This document shows positions 42,902 through 55,702 of a stretch of 64,000 bases of DNA, piece after piece. Position numbers and translations under genes: made by a program. Source of the stretch: Rhizaria sp. SCN 62-66 (taxonomy: Eukaryota); the NCBI GenBank assembly GCA_001724265.1, contig MEDY01000659.1, positions 1-64,000 of the forward strand, written 5' to 3'. A model generated the notes under the pieces. That model was not told the origin of the DNA, made no database searches, and saw only the letters and a list, made by a program, of their open reading frames with translations. Position 1 is the first letter of the stretch. Each line of letters begins with the position of its first letter.

Positions 42902-45451
42902 TTAGACGTAGACAATGAGGTCCTCCGTGAGTGCGATGACGTTCATGCCCTGATAGTGCTGGTACGTGGCCTGTACCTCCGCCTCGGTGAACCCCTTGCG
43001 ACGCAGCATCTCATCGACCTGCGAGCGCGGCACCATCTTGTTACCGGCCAGCGCGCCCTCTACGAGCGCCCAGATAGCGGACTTGCGGTCCACGCCCGCG
43101 CCGCCGGGGCCTTCGCGCTGCTCTTCCAGCGCGAGGCGCGACGAGTTGACGAGACGGATCGCCTCCTCTACATCAGCCTGTGTGACTTCGTCGCGGAAAT
43201 GCACACGCGCCACCGCCTGGCACAGCCGCAAGATGGAGAGCAGGGAGCGCGCAGTGCAGAAGGCGCCGCGCGGGTTGAACTCGTCCTCGCCGCGCGGGTT
43301 GACGACGCGGCGGTCTTGCGCGTTAGACGACACGCGGAGGTCGACGTACTGGGTCGCGATATAATCGGTCAGCTCGCGCGGAACAGTGGGCTCGAAGAGC
43401 TTCGCGCGGGAGACGTACGCGCGCAGGAACGTCGAGGGAAACGGCGTGAACGCCAGCGGGGGGGCGCGGTTATACTTGTGGACGTAGGCGACGTGGCGCG
43501 CGAGGGCGGCGTCTTTGGTCAGGTCGGGCCGGTCGAGCATGACGAAGAGCAAGTCAAAGCGGGACAGCAGAGCGGCCGGCATGTCGAGGTTGTCCGCCGC
43601 TGAGCGGTGCAGGTTGTACCGTCCGTACGCCGGGTTGGCCGCCGCGAGGACCGTGGTGCGCGCGTTGAGCGTCGTGGTGATGCCCGCTTTGGCGATCGAC
43701 ACGGTCTGCTGCTCCATGACTTCGTGGATAGCTGTGCGGTCTGATTCGTCCATTTTGTCGAACTCGTCAATGCAGCACACGCCCATGTCGGCCAGCACCA
43801 GCGCGCCGCCCTCGAGCGTCATGTCGCCCGTCGCGGCGTCGCGCATGACGGCGGCGGTCAAACCGACACCAGAGGAGCCCTTGCCGGTGGTGTACACGGC
43901 GCGCGGGGCGACTTTGGTCACGTGCTTGAGCAGCTGCGACTTGGCCATACCGGGGTCGCCGACGAGCAGGGCGTTGATGTCGCCACGGATGCGAAGCCCG
44001 TCGGGCATGGCCTTTGTGACGCCGCCGATGAGCGAGAGCAAAAGTGCCTTCTTGATATCTGTGTGGCCGTAGATCTCGGGCGCGATCGACTGCGCGAGTC
44101 GCTCGTAGACGTCCTCCTTGTCGCCCTCTTCGACCACGGCCTCGAGCTCGGCCGCCGTGAGCTGCATATCGGCGTAGTTCTTCTTGGTTTGCGTCAGCGT
44201 GTGTGCGTCGATGTACGTGTCCATGGTGAGGCGGCCGCGGGAGGCGCGGAAACCGGTGGGGAACGACGGCAAGAACACGCCTGCAATGCTGACGACATCG
44301 CCCGGCTTGCACAGGCGCACGAGATCGCCCTGCACGCGCACGGTCATGGAGCGCGGGACGTGGCCGATGGGGACTTCGGTGGGAAGCTCTTGGAGCTTGA
44401 TCTCTTGGACGCGGACGAACTTGGATCCGCGGATCTCTTGGGAGAGCTTGCCCTTGCTGCGGTTGGCCTTGCAGGTGTTCGACTGGCACTCGTTCAGAGG
44501 CGTGAACTCGCGCGCGTGCACCTCCTATGATAGTAGAACAATTAATAAACGAAAATGTGACAAATAATGGCGTGTGAGCTGGAGTTGAAGAGAGACCACT
44601 GAAACAGAAACAGCAATAAAAGGCCAAAAAGAGTTAAAATTGCACTAAAACGCGCAAAGATCCATATGAAATCGTATTTTGGTTGTTTTGCGATTTGCTT
44701 TAGTGAAAGCGTACCTGGTAGATTTCATCGCCGCACTCGTGGCAAAGGTAGCTCTGGACTGTGATCTGGGGCTGGACGTCGGAGGTGCGCGTGACAATGC
44801 CGCGCACGGACACGAGCTGGCCCACATTGGCGGCGCGGATCTCGCGCAGCCGCATGGGCTTCTCGTTCGCGGGCGGGACGAAGCGGACCTCGTAAAAGCG
44901 GCCGAGAAGGCGGTTGAGCTCGGGTGCGTCGTCCTGGTTGTTGCCCTGTGCGCGAAGCTGGGCCAGACGCTCACGGCGCTGGCGCATGAGCTCGTCAAAA
45001 GGTGTCACAACGACGGGGCCGTCGGGGCCGTCGGCGGGCGCGTCGGCGTCAAAAGCAGATGCCGCGACGTCGACGTAGTGGTGCGTGTTGTTCATGACGT
45101 TTTGGCGCAGGTTTTCGTCCACAATGTCGTCGACGAAGATCTCCAGAGACTCGCGCTCGCGGGCGGTGATCGCGCGGCGCTGCTCCATGTACTTGTTCGC
45201 CGTCAGGAGCTCAGCGAACAAGTCTGGAGATGTGGCATCGAGAGAAGGGCGGGAGGATTGGGGTGAAACACGGTGACACGAGGAAGGGGGGATGAACGCG
45301 GGCAAAGTGAAAAATGGCGTTGTGAGCAGAGAGATCAATAATTCGTTGGATAAAACGCGTTTGATAATATAAACAAGATAAAAAGAAAGCTAGAAAACGT
45401 ACTGATCTCCTGTTTCCGGGTGTAATCACCCTTGCGGGGCACTTGAGCCAT
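42902..45451 (-). CDS. MCM7: DNA replication licensing factor MCM7, 726 aa; exons 45451-45403, 45223-44715, 44524-42902
   Basis: Motifs GDPGMAKSQ, YTTGKGSSGVGLTAAV, CCIDEFDKM, LLSRFD, a zinc finger, and MCM7-type RGSKFVRVQEIKLQE and TARSLLSILRL. Two GTACG-AG introns restore the frame. Stop TAA. Confidence 0.95.
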
Positions 45452-45906
45452 AGCGTCCCTGCGAATCAGTCAGTGAGCGAAACAAGGTACGGGGAGACAA
45501 AATGTGAGACAAATTGATCGTCTGTTCCACTGCAAAAGAATGGAGAGAAATAAAACACAATGAAATTTTACGCAAGACGTGTAACTCTCAAATAGCAAAG
45601 CTTAGTCGTGCGAAACAGCTGACTTCGCGTCGCGCCGAGGATTGGGGCTAGATTGACCCGAGCAGCCGAGTGACCGTGAGCACCGGACGTCGTTTCGAGC
45701 TACTTTCGCACGATATGACATTCACATCAAATTACAATGCAAACAAAACCGCAGTCTTAAGATAAACAACACTTAGTAAAAATCGCTTCAAGTTATAATT
45801 TCTTATGTATTGCTCGGTGATATCCCGAAAAGCCTCTGGCCCGATGAAAATCTTCAATGGTCTGCGTCTCGTGCAAGCTTTTTCTTGCTCAACCTCGTCA
45901 GCGCGC

Positions 45907-47736
45907 TCACTGCACGTGCATTAGCTTCACCTGGAGAAACTGGCTAAAAGCGCGCAAAATGCCCTGCGCGGACGGCGACGGCAACATGGAAGCCAGTCGC
46001 AGGAACTCGCCGCGCCACAGCAGAAGTTCGCGGGCTGTGAACGGGCGCGACAAAGACAGAGTCTCGGACGGAGCCGCCGCCGCCGCTGTGGACACCGCCG
46101 ACGCAGAAACGGCCTCTGCGCCAGACGCAGCGCCTGCTGGAGCCACAGCTGCGTCGCCAGAGGCCGCCCTTACGCCGACAGCAGCAGCAGGAGGGCTCTC
46201 AGCAGTCGCGCTCTCGGCTGCAGTGGTTGAGTGAGTTGCCGTAGCAGCTGGAGCGGGCTTGCGGAAGGCTGACTTGGCGCCAAAGCGCGAGCTCGCCGCG
46301 CCCTTCGTAAACGCCGACGTCGCAGGTGCAGGTACAGCGTGGTTAGCCGCAGCAGAAGTCGGAGATGTGAGGGAGAGCGCGGCTGTGGAGGCTGCTAGTG
46401 AAGAGGCGGGGGAAGCTGCCAGCGCGGCGACGGGCGAGGCTGCTGAGGCCGCGGTGGCGGTGTTGGGCAGCACCGACGCCGGCAAAGTCACTGTGGTCCG
46501 CAGCCACACACCAGGCACAGCATTCGCAGCCGCAGCCACAGCAGCCGCAGTGGCAGAGTCTGAAGAGTCAGTGGCGGCGGCGACTGCGGCGGCTTCAAGA
46601 GCGCTTGTGTGGGCAAGAATAGCGTCATTAAGTTGACGAACCTGCAAATGAAACAAATAAAGCAAAATATAAACAAAATGAGCTAATAAAACTAAAATCT
46701 AGGCGAATAACACCACATCGTAACAAGATATTGAATGCTTGATATAGTCTCAAAGCGGAAGTTTAACGTACGACGTGTTGCGTGACGCGGTCGAGCTCCA
46801 GAACAAACGTGGGCCGCTCCAGCGTCACACGCGCGGTCGACTGCAGCCCCTTGACGAGGTCGGCGCTGGCCACCGCGGCGGCCACGCGCGCAGCGAACGC
46901 GCGCAGAGCAGGGCCGTAGGTGCAAGAGACGGTCGCGGCCGCAGTGGAAGCGACTTCGGCGGCGGCGGCGGCTGCCACGGCGGCCACGGCGGATGACACA
47001 AGAGACACAGGGGTCGTCTCAGTGACAGCAACAGCAGCAGAAGCAGCAGCTGCTGCAGCTGTAACAGCGTTGTTGTTGTTGCTCGTGTCAGTCGTCTCAG
47101 TAGACTCTGTCACATTAACAACGGCGTCGTCAGCGGCTGCGGCGGCTGCAGCTGTGGCGGCTGCAGCGGCGTCGGCGGCCGCCTTCTCCGCGGCCTCCGC
47201 GCCGACCGCAGCCGCCGCGGCATCCGAGCCTGCCGCCGCCGCCGTGGCCGCCGCGACCGCAGCGGCGATCGCGACTGGCAGTACACACCGTCCCTCCGCG
47301 GCCGGGCCAGCGCCAGCAGCGGGGGCGCCGGGCGCGAGCTCGGTGCCATCGACGGCGTCAGCCTCGGGGAGCGTGTACAGAGGCGCGTCCCACCGGTTCG
47401 TCGCGATCGGCGTCTCCAAACGGCCCCAGAGATCGTCAAACGCGGACTTGGGGTACCGTCCCAGCCGTTCGTTGCGCTCAAGCGCGGTTTGATGCGAGAT
47501 AGGAAGGTGTACAACGCAGTGCGCGGTACGGGCCTCGCGTGTACGCGTGTAGAGCTCGTATCGAAAGCCCTTGACGAGGTTGGGCGCGTCGAGGATGACG
47601 ATCTTGGAGCCGGTCAGAGCACGCTCGACGGTTGCGCGCAACGCGCCATTCAGCTTCTTCTCGGATGGGACGTCTGTGTGAATCGGTTAAAGGGAAACAA
47701 ATAACGCTCTTTTTTGTCAGAAAACATGTTTGGATG

Positions 47737-47788
<52 letters not shown>

Positions 47789-47803
47789 NNNNNNNNNNNN
47801 NNN

Positions 47804-47852
<49 letters not shown>

Positions 47853-48046
47853 AATAAAACTAAGCCAGTAAGAGTGGAATGTAAGAACGGACCTTTGAAG
47901 GAGGTGGCGCGGTCGAGGCGCAGAGACTCGTAGTTGATGACGTATACTTCACGCGTGGGGTAGACGGTCTTCAGCTCAGTAACAAGGGCCTGTGTAAACA
48001 CTGTCTTGCCTGACAGCGGGGCGCCGCAGAGGGTGATGAGCGGCAT
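45907..48046 (-). CDS. KTI12: Elongator-associated KTI12, 596 aa; exons 48046-47893, 47673-46772, 46641-45907
   Basis: MPLITLCGAPLSGKT P-loop, IVILDAPNLVKGFRYELY, NRWDAPLY, ELDRVTQ, and C-terminal RELLLWRGEFL. Stop TGA. Confidence 0.93.
47739..47851. repeat. (AG)n microsatellite in KTI12 intron 1, containing a 15-N assembly gap (47789-47803)
   Basis: Directly visible in the sequence. Confidence 0.99.
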
Positions 48047-49272
48047 TGCCGGGGGGTGCCGTGAAGAGGTGACTCACGCAGTCGACTTGAGGGAGTGGTT
48101 CTGTGAGCGAGGCGGAAGGGAAGATTGAGGTTTAAGTAGGTTTAATTTCAGATGTAAAAGTGAATTCGTGATTTAATATGATTGTGTTTGTGCTGTTTGA
48201 AATGACGGACATCTGGCGGTGATACACCTATTTTTCCCAACGGCATCACCACTGCCGCCGCTGTCCGAAGCTCCAGTGATTTGTGGTGAGTAATGATTTT
48301 CATCGATATACACCAGCAAAACAAATGCCAGGTAGAACAACTTAGCAAGGCGTTATTTAAATCAATGTGATATTGCGTGTTTAACTTATTGACAAACAAA
48401 CTGAGTTGATTTATTCCCAATATACCGCTATTAATCTAATTTTCGAGCGTTACGTTTCAAGTTAAAAAGTGTAAATCAAGGTTTGATAGTGCGCTACTGT
48501 TGCCGCTGGAAAAAATAACCATGTTTTTGAATTAAATTAAAACTATTACGTGTGATATACAGATATAAATATCTCAGTGCTTAATCATAGCAAAGAAAAT
48601 ATCATAAATGTAACTAAAAAGTTGCGTGCGATAAAAACTTTACCTATAAAGAATTAAAAAAATGGAATGTCACTTTGTAGAAATCAAATTGCTCTTTTGT
48701 TTCTCCACATCTTCAACCATATTTAATCTTCAAAATTAAACATTTTTATATTAAAAAACACTAAAGAAATACGTTGGAGCGTATATTGGAGCAAATAAAT
48801 AGAACTTGGGAGCGACATCAACTTGTCTTGGCTGCAGATAAGCACGGCGCAGACACGGTCAGGTGCAAAAATCACACGAGATAGCATAGATAGTGAGCTA
48901 TTGAGGAAAAGTTAAGTTAATCTTGACACTTAACTACTGTTTTAATAAGTGATCTCCGGAAAAATGTGACAATAATATCCACTTATTACCGGACATATGC
49001 GTGTTTTTACGTCTCTTCAAGGAGGCTGCTGCGAGGGTGCCAAGGTTGTTTTCTTGGTAGGTGGGGGTGGCCAGGTCCGTCTTCGCGCTAATGAGCAAGC
49101 GTCTTCCACTGTGACCGTAAAACCGAACAGGACTGACACTCACGATATTTACGCTCGTAAATATATATATCTTGCTTATTATATGACGCTCAAGGCGTGT
49201 TCTCCACCTGTACTCACCTTAGCCGTTTCCTCTGTTCCCTCTGCAACTCCAACTTTAGAAACTTGCTTCCGA

Positions 49273-50583
49273 ATGGGCATTCGTAAGATCAAGAGCGCGG
49301 ATCCGCACTGCCGCGACCCGAAGCGCCGTGCCGCCTATGAGGCTAGTCTCCGCGGCAAGGACGCCATTGCCCCCACCAGCAAGCACATGGACATCACTAG
49401 TACGTTCTCTCCAATAGCTTGCTCGCAAACGACACTTTCTCGCTAACGCTTAATTCTCGAGCGCACACGACCTGGACAACACATTCACGACGTTGCCCAC
49501 ACTGCTCACATCTACATTTTTATTCTGTATCTTTTCTACGCCTTTTGTTTCTTTTTTGTTTCTTTCGACTCGTAAACAGCGACGACGCGCAAGGAGCGTG
49601 CGTTCGCCCGCCTGCTCGACGGCTCTGCCGACCGCGCCCGCGCGCGCAACCTCCAAGCCGCCAAGCAGCCTGGTTACAAGCCGCGCGAGCGCCGCGGCGG
49701 TCTTGACCAGTCCGGTCTCTCCGAGGCCGTTACCGCCCGCTTCAAGGCACCGACGTTTAAGGCGCAGCTCGAGGACCTTAAGTCAGTCTCCGAGTTCGAG
49801 CGCGCGATGAAGAAAGAGACACGGACCGCTCTCGAGGACCAAAAGCACGCCGAGCAGGCCGCGCGCGACCTCGAGCACAAGCGCGGGATTAGCGAGCGCC
49901 GCAAGCTCAAGCTCAAGGAGCGCAAACTCAAGAAGGACGAGCGCAAGCTCATGCGGGAAGCGGACCGCATCGAGGACGAGCGCTTTAAGGGTCTCCGCGA
50001 GGATATCGAGTTCGGCGACGTGGTAGACCGCCCCCCGTCGTTCGACGACATTGCGCTGCCTTCGCGCAAGCGTGGCGGCGCGGCTGGCGGTGCGATGTCG
50101 AACATCGAGATCCTCAACCGCGCACTCGCCGAGGCCGCCAAGAAGGCCGCCGACGCCGAGCGCGCCCTCAACGGCGGCGATGACGATGAGGAAGACGAGG
50201 ACGGCGCCCGCGCCGGCAGCAGCAGCAGCAACAGCAAGGGCGGACTGGGCAAGTACGCGTCTGTGCGCCGCCACGTCGAGTCCGCACAGGCCGAGCGCGC
50301 GGAGGAGGAGGCCCGCGCCCGCCGCGAAGCCGCTAAGAACGCGATGACGGCGGAGAAGCGCCAGCAAATGCTCGCGCAGGCGCGCGCCGAGCTGCGGCGC
50401 GCTGAGATCGACAAGGCGCGTGAGCAGGCGCAGCAGGCGTACCGCGACATCAAGGCGCGGTCCGGCCGCGGCGGCGGTGGGTTTGCGGCGCTCACGTCGG
50501 GGAACTCACAGCTGCGGATGGGGCAGGCCGTTGCGCAGTCGCGGCTGGAGTCCGTTGACGGGCCCGCCGCACGCTTCCGGTGA
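49273..50583 (+). CDS. CCDC137-like basic coiled-coil protein, 376 aa; exons 49273-49399, 49580-50583
   Basis: Motifs RKIKSADP, EDIEFGDVVDRPP and AREQAQQAYRDIK. Phase-1 intron GTACGT...AAACAG. Stop TGA. Confidence 0.7.
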
Positions 50584-51093
50584 AGAAACAAAAACACCAC
50601 CACGGGAAAGCATGAAAATGTACGTACGTACAAGCTTTTCAAGATTAAAGCTGAACTAAAGAAGCAGTCTAGTGGTTGGCTGGGCCGGCTTGCAGGGTCA
50701 GGGTGCGTTGCGCATTACTTATGTGCGTATTTTCATTAATACAAAGTAGAAATATTAGTTTCATCGTTGGAGATACATGTACAATAAATGTATTAAGATA
50801 ATGCGGCATTTTATTTGTGGTATGGTCGCAATTCGTTCATTTGTACTCGCTATAAAAAGTCTGTGCACGCATGCATGTTAAGGCTCTTATCGAACAAACA
50901 TGCAGTTATTCGTTTTAAATAAGCACAGGAACGCCAAGATAAGATAATCATCGGTGTCAATCGCTTTGCTTTCACTCAACTCACTCCACGTAAGTTCAGA
51001 CTTGTCCATTCTAAGACTCAAACAAAGCGAGAGACACGCATGCATCAAGCGCGTCAGTGCCACTGTAGTTGTTGTTTTAATTTGGTGACGAGC

Positions 51094-54000
51094 TCACTCT
51101 GCGTCGGGGATAGCACGGTAGAAGTCCTTGTTACTCGGCATGACCTGTCCGTGTTTCTTAGCAAACTCCGTGAGCACCACACGCCCCTGCTGCTCGCTCA
51201 GCACGCCCTGCTCCTGCGCCCACATCAGCACAGTGCGCAGCGTCGCCGTCGCACTGGGCGCGGCCGCCGTGGCCGCGCCGGGCGCCGCAGTGCCCGCGAC
51301 CTCGGCCGCAGCGTCGTCCTCAGCGGGCGTCATCATGAGAGACTGCCCCCGCAGGGTGACGTGGACTTCGCAGCTGGTCTTGACGCCCCAGGGCTCGCCA
51401 TCGACCTGGATCGGCAGCGGACCACGTGTGCGCACGACGGCAGACCGACCTTGTGCAAGTCGCAGCGGTGTCGTCAACCCCAGTTGGATCAGACCGACGT
51501 GGAGCGAGTCGCGGAAACCGATGAGCTCGAATAGGCCATCATCCATGCGCGGCTCGCTGAAGTGACGCCGGTCCGTCTCGGCGTGACCCCAGAAGTTGAT
51601 GCCGCCACCGAAAGATTTAATGTTGAGCAAGCACACGCCTTCCATGCCCGTGAGGTCGATTTTGACGCCGTCGATGAAGACTTCAGCGCCAGAGTCGCGG
51701 AGAACGCTCGGCGCGTGCGGGAAAAAGTACGATTCCGTGCCGAGGCGAGCGTACCAGGCCTTGTTGAAGAGCTGCGAAGTGAACAAGTGAGGATAGTGAG
51801 CGCGAAGAAGGTGGAACTTGTGCGCGATAACGGCGTCCAGGCCGATGCCGAGGTAGTTGTTCACCACGACTGCGCTGCTGCCGGTGCCGCGGGGACTGGG
51901 CGACACGATGGGGAAAATCGTCGACACCTTGCGCACGAGTCGCCATGTCTTAAGCCGTTGCCAGCAAGAGCCCGGGGACAGCTCCAGCACAACATCATCA
52001 TCGCCTTCGCCTTCATCACCGTCACTCGCGCGACGTTTGCGCTCGACCACAGCACCAGCAGCGTTATTGCTGTCCTTGTTATCACTCTTGTGAGCAGCGC
52101 TGTCATCCTTTTGCTCGTCGTTCTCATCAACACTGGCGTCGTTGTTATTGCTACTCTGCTTGCGGCGCGGGGCGGTTTTGCGTTTCGGCAGCGGTGTGCT
52201 GAGGCCCACCCGCCTGCTCGACGCAGACGGCGATGTAGTTGCAGTTGCGCCGCTGGGCTTCGCCGCCGTCGTCGTCGGTGTGCCTGCCTTGTTAGAGGCT
52301 GTCGCGTTGTCAAACGCTTCAGGCGCAAGCGGCTTGACCGTGGCATCCCAACGGTCAAGCACGCAGATACCGGAGCGGGAAACACGACGGAGAACGGTTA
52401 ACAGACCGGCGGTTTCCACAGAAGGAGCCTTGCGGCCCCAACCGAGCACCTGCGCCAGGTCGTTCCCGGTGCCAAGAGGCACCACGGCCACGGGAACCGG
52501 CCGGTTGAGCTTGTCGATAGCCGAGAGCACCCACGACACGGTTCCGTCGCCGCCGCAAACGACGACTTGCAGCCGCGGGACAGTGGCGAAGAGAGCGAGC
52601 GCGACTTCCGGCGCATGCTCGGCCAAATCCCAGACTTGGATCGGGTTGAGAAGCTCGGTGAACTCGTGCATAAGCTGCACGCCCATGTTACCGCCCGATT
52701 TACGGTTGATAAACACAAGCACGGGCGCGACTTCACGCGGCAGCTCAAAGCGCCACACGAGCGGCGTCGTAAGCAGCGCGTCTGTGCGCGGCAGAGTGGA
52801 CGCGACCGGCGGCAAACTGATGAAAGGAGACGCTAACACAGCCGCGGCAGATCGGAGAGGGTCCCATGACGCGTCGCCCGCGTTTGCGGTATTGCGTGCA
52901 GATGCAGTCGCGACAGGCGCAGTTGCGACAGGCGCAGTCGCGTTGGAAGACTCGGCCGCGGTTGCGAGAGCGGGTGAGAGAAGGTCGGCAACGGTCAACG
53001 CAGCGGGAAACGCGTGCTGCTGCTGCTGCTGCTGCTGTGCACCGCGCTTGAGGGAAGCAATGGCAAGGCGCGCGGTGGCAGCAGTGTAGCCCGGCGCAGG
53101 GAAAACGCACTGGGGCGGAACGATAAGGCGCGAGATAGGACCTACAGTGCATGCATAGAAGCAAAAGAAGAAGAACAAGCGTTAGAATAATTGCAATTTA
53201 AATAAAGTCAGGATGAGTTAACATACTATTCATAACTCATAGAAGTAGTCTTTGTTTTTGCTAACGTACCGCGGCGACAGAGGTCCCGATCGAGGTCCTT
53301 GAGCTAGCCAACGCAGTCCTCGTGTACGTGTGCACGACACCACAGACAGTGCAGTCCAGCCAGAGCGAAAAGACTGCCGGTGACTTCGCCGCACACGAGA
53401 CACACGTCGGAGACAGTAGAGTGGTTGCCGCGGACCCAGTGGTGCGGCTGCGGTGCAACAGTGGCGTTGCTGCAGTTGCTGCTGGCGCAACTGGGCGTGG
53501 CGCCCGTCACGTCCACAGCAGGCGCAGTTGCAGTCGCAGTCTCAGCCGCGCTATGGGCAGCGGTGTCGGTGTTATTGCTCTTAGCGGCCTTTGTTGAGCG
53601 GATCTTACTGTGAACGGCAACAGACACAGGCTCAGACTCCGCCTCAGCAGCAGAGGCGTTCGCTTCAGCGTCAGATTCGGCAGCAGCAGCTGGACTGCGA
53701 CTGCGGCCACGCGCACTCTTGCTCTTGCTCTTCCTCGCACCAGCCTCAGCCTTCGAAGCAACAGCAGCAGCAGCAGCCTCGGTCTCAGCACCAGCAGCGG
53801 CAGCGCGAGTGCGCGTGCGACGACCAGGCACGGCAGCGGCGGCAGCGGAAGCGGCCTCGGCGGCGGTTTCAGCTTCGAACTCAGCGGCCGCAGCGGCAGC
53901 AGTCTTGCGCTGCCGCGGCGCCACTTTTGCTTCGTTTTCAACATCAGCCTCAGCCTGCGCACGCGCGCGTGACTGCGAAGGCGCAGACCTTGACTGCGCG

Positions 54001-55058
54001 CGCGGCTTCGAAGGGGCGCGCGTGCGAGCGCGAGTGCGCAGAGTAGCTTCACTCTTCTCCTCACCAGCGTCAGAAGCAACATCACTATCCTTTGCGGCGT
54101 CAGTCTTAGTGTTGCTGTGAATGATATTGTTAGCGTTAGCGTGCCGGCGCAATGCTTCGAGCTCTGCCGCGGGCCAAGCGTCGGCCACGGCGCCACCGCG
54201 GGCACTCAACACAGCGTCGAACAGCGCACTGAGCGCCTCGATAGCGCGCGAAGGCCCGCCCGCGGCGGCTGCGGCTGCGGCGGCGGGAGAGTCAGCCGCA
54301 AGCACGTGCGTGGTGATTGTGCCGACAATCTTGCGCGGGCGCGCGGCAGCGGTCGCCATGGAGGCAGGAGTGAGCGCCTGCAGAAAGCCGGCGGCGTACT
54401 CGGCGGGGGTCGCCAGCGCTACTACAGCGGCCTCCGTGGCGCCGGCAACCTCAGAGTCTAACGCAGCAGCAGCGCAGGCCGCGGCGGAAGTGATAGAGCA
54501 AGCAGGTGCGGCGAGGCGCGCGGGGGACGCTGCGCGTGAGCTAGCAGTTGCTGATGTGTTAATGTTCACAAGTGCGGGGAACGCAGCCGGCTGGCGGCGG
54601 ACCGCTGTGACGGCGGTGGCAAAGACGGCGGCGTGGCGCGGCGTGGGGAAGAGCGCGATCGACTTGCAGTTGTGCTCGACAAAGGCGACGCAGCGCTCGT
54701 GTGTGGCGACACCGCAGACGTCGCAGCACAGTGCGCGCTCAGAGACGCCGAACATGCGCTGCGCACAGACGTTGCAGTACGCGGGACGCATGAGTAACCC
54801 AACTTCCTGGTGGTAAAATTGGTGCGGGTCCGCGGCGCCGGCGTGCAGCATGGCCTGGTAATAGGTGCCGTCAAGGTAGGGCTCAGAGAGCAAGATGGAG
54901 CGGCGCTGGCCGAAGCCCATGTAGCGGAATATGCGGTGGATCACCCAGACAGACACGAGCGCGAGCAGGATCTGCCACGGGTACTGCACAGCAATGCGGA
55001 ACAAACGGACGAAATCGTCCGTGAAGCTCCACACCGTGTTGACGACGTACTTAAGCAT
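51094..55058 (-). CDS. DGK: Diacylglycerol kinase (N-terminal TM, two C1 domains, catalytic and accessory domains), 1278 aa; exons 55058-53270, 53141-51094; one in-frame TAG at 53306-53304
   Basis: C1a HQF...CNVC...CDVCGVATHERC; C1b HHWVRGN...CLVC...CLWCRAHVHEDCVG*LKDLDRDLCRRG|PISRLIVPP; catalytic PVLVFINRKSGG, CGGDGTV, PLGTGNDL, NNYLGIGLDA and PIQVDGEPW. Stop TGA. Confidence 0.93.
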
Positions 55059-55702
55059 GCTGTGATCGAGGTGGTAGTGCGAAGAATTGTCCGAGCAAGC
55101 GGAGTCGGGTCGGGAGGCTCCAGGCGAAGAGCTTTACGGGGTTAGAGAGAGTGCGAGTCGCACACGCACGAACAAAACCGTTAGAAGTGTCACGCTGCGG
55201 TCAGAAAACCTCGCACGAGAGCGACGGACGGCGGCCTGAGACGTGCAAAGGGAGGGGGAGAGGTGCGAGTTTGCGACTGCAACGGATATCAGCACGGAAG
55301 TGCAAAAAGATAAGCACATTTGGCCTATTTATGAGCTCTGGTAATAAATAGTAATACATTGTCAAGTATAACATATTATAACACTGTTTTTATAAAAGAA
55401 TAACGACTGACGCATGCACGCATTCGTGTTTGAATTCCTCTCTCTGTCAGAGCTGTTGCGGTAGTCACGGTCCAACTGAATGTCACGCTGAGCGCAATAA
55501 CGGGTCCTTGGTTCAATAGTTTGTTTATGTATCACTAAATTATTCTTGATAGACAATAAATTTTCTTTACTTTTGTGCAATATTCATTTCTGTTTTGTTT
55601 GACTTCTTCTATAGCAAGCAGAGCGAGGCTGAGCTCAGCCGAGACAGGAGTACCAATTTGCACTACGCAAGTTGTGTTCGACCGTCTGATCCGTCAGTCA
55701 CC

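Noticed and set aside
53304-55058. Separate C1-domain gene ending at TAG
   Set aside because: The last C1 cysteine and an in-frame intron to the kinase domain lie beyond the TAG.
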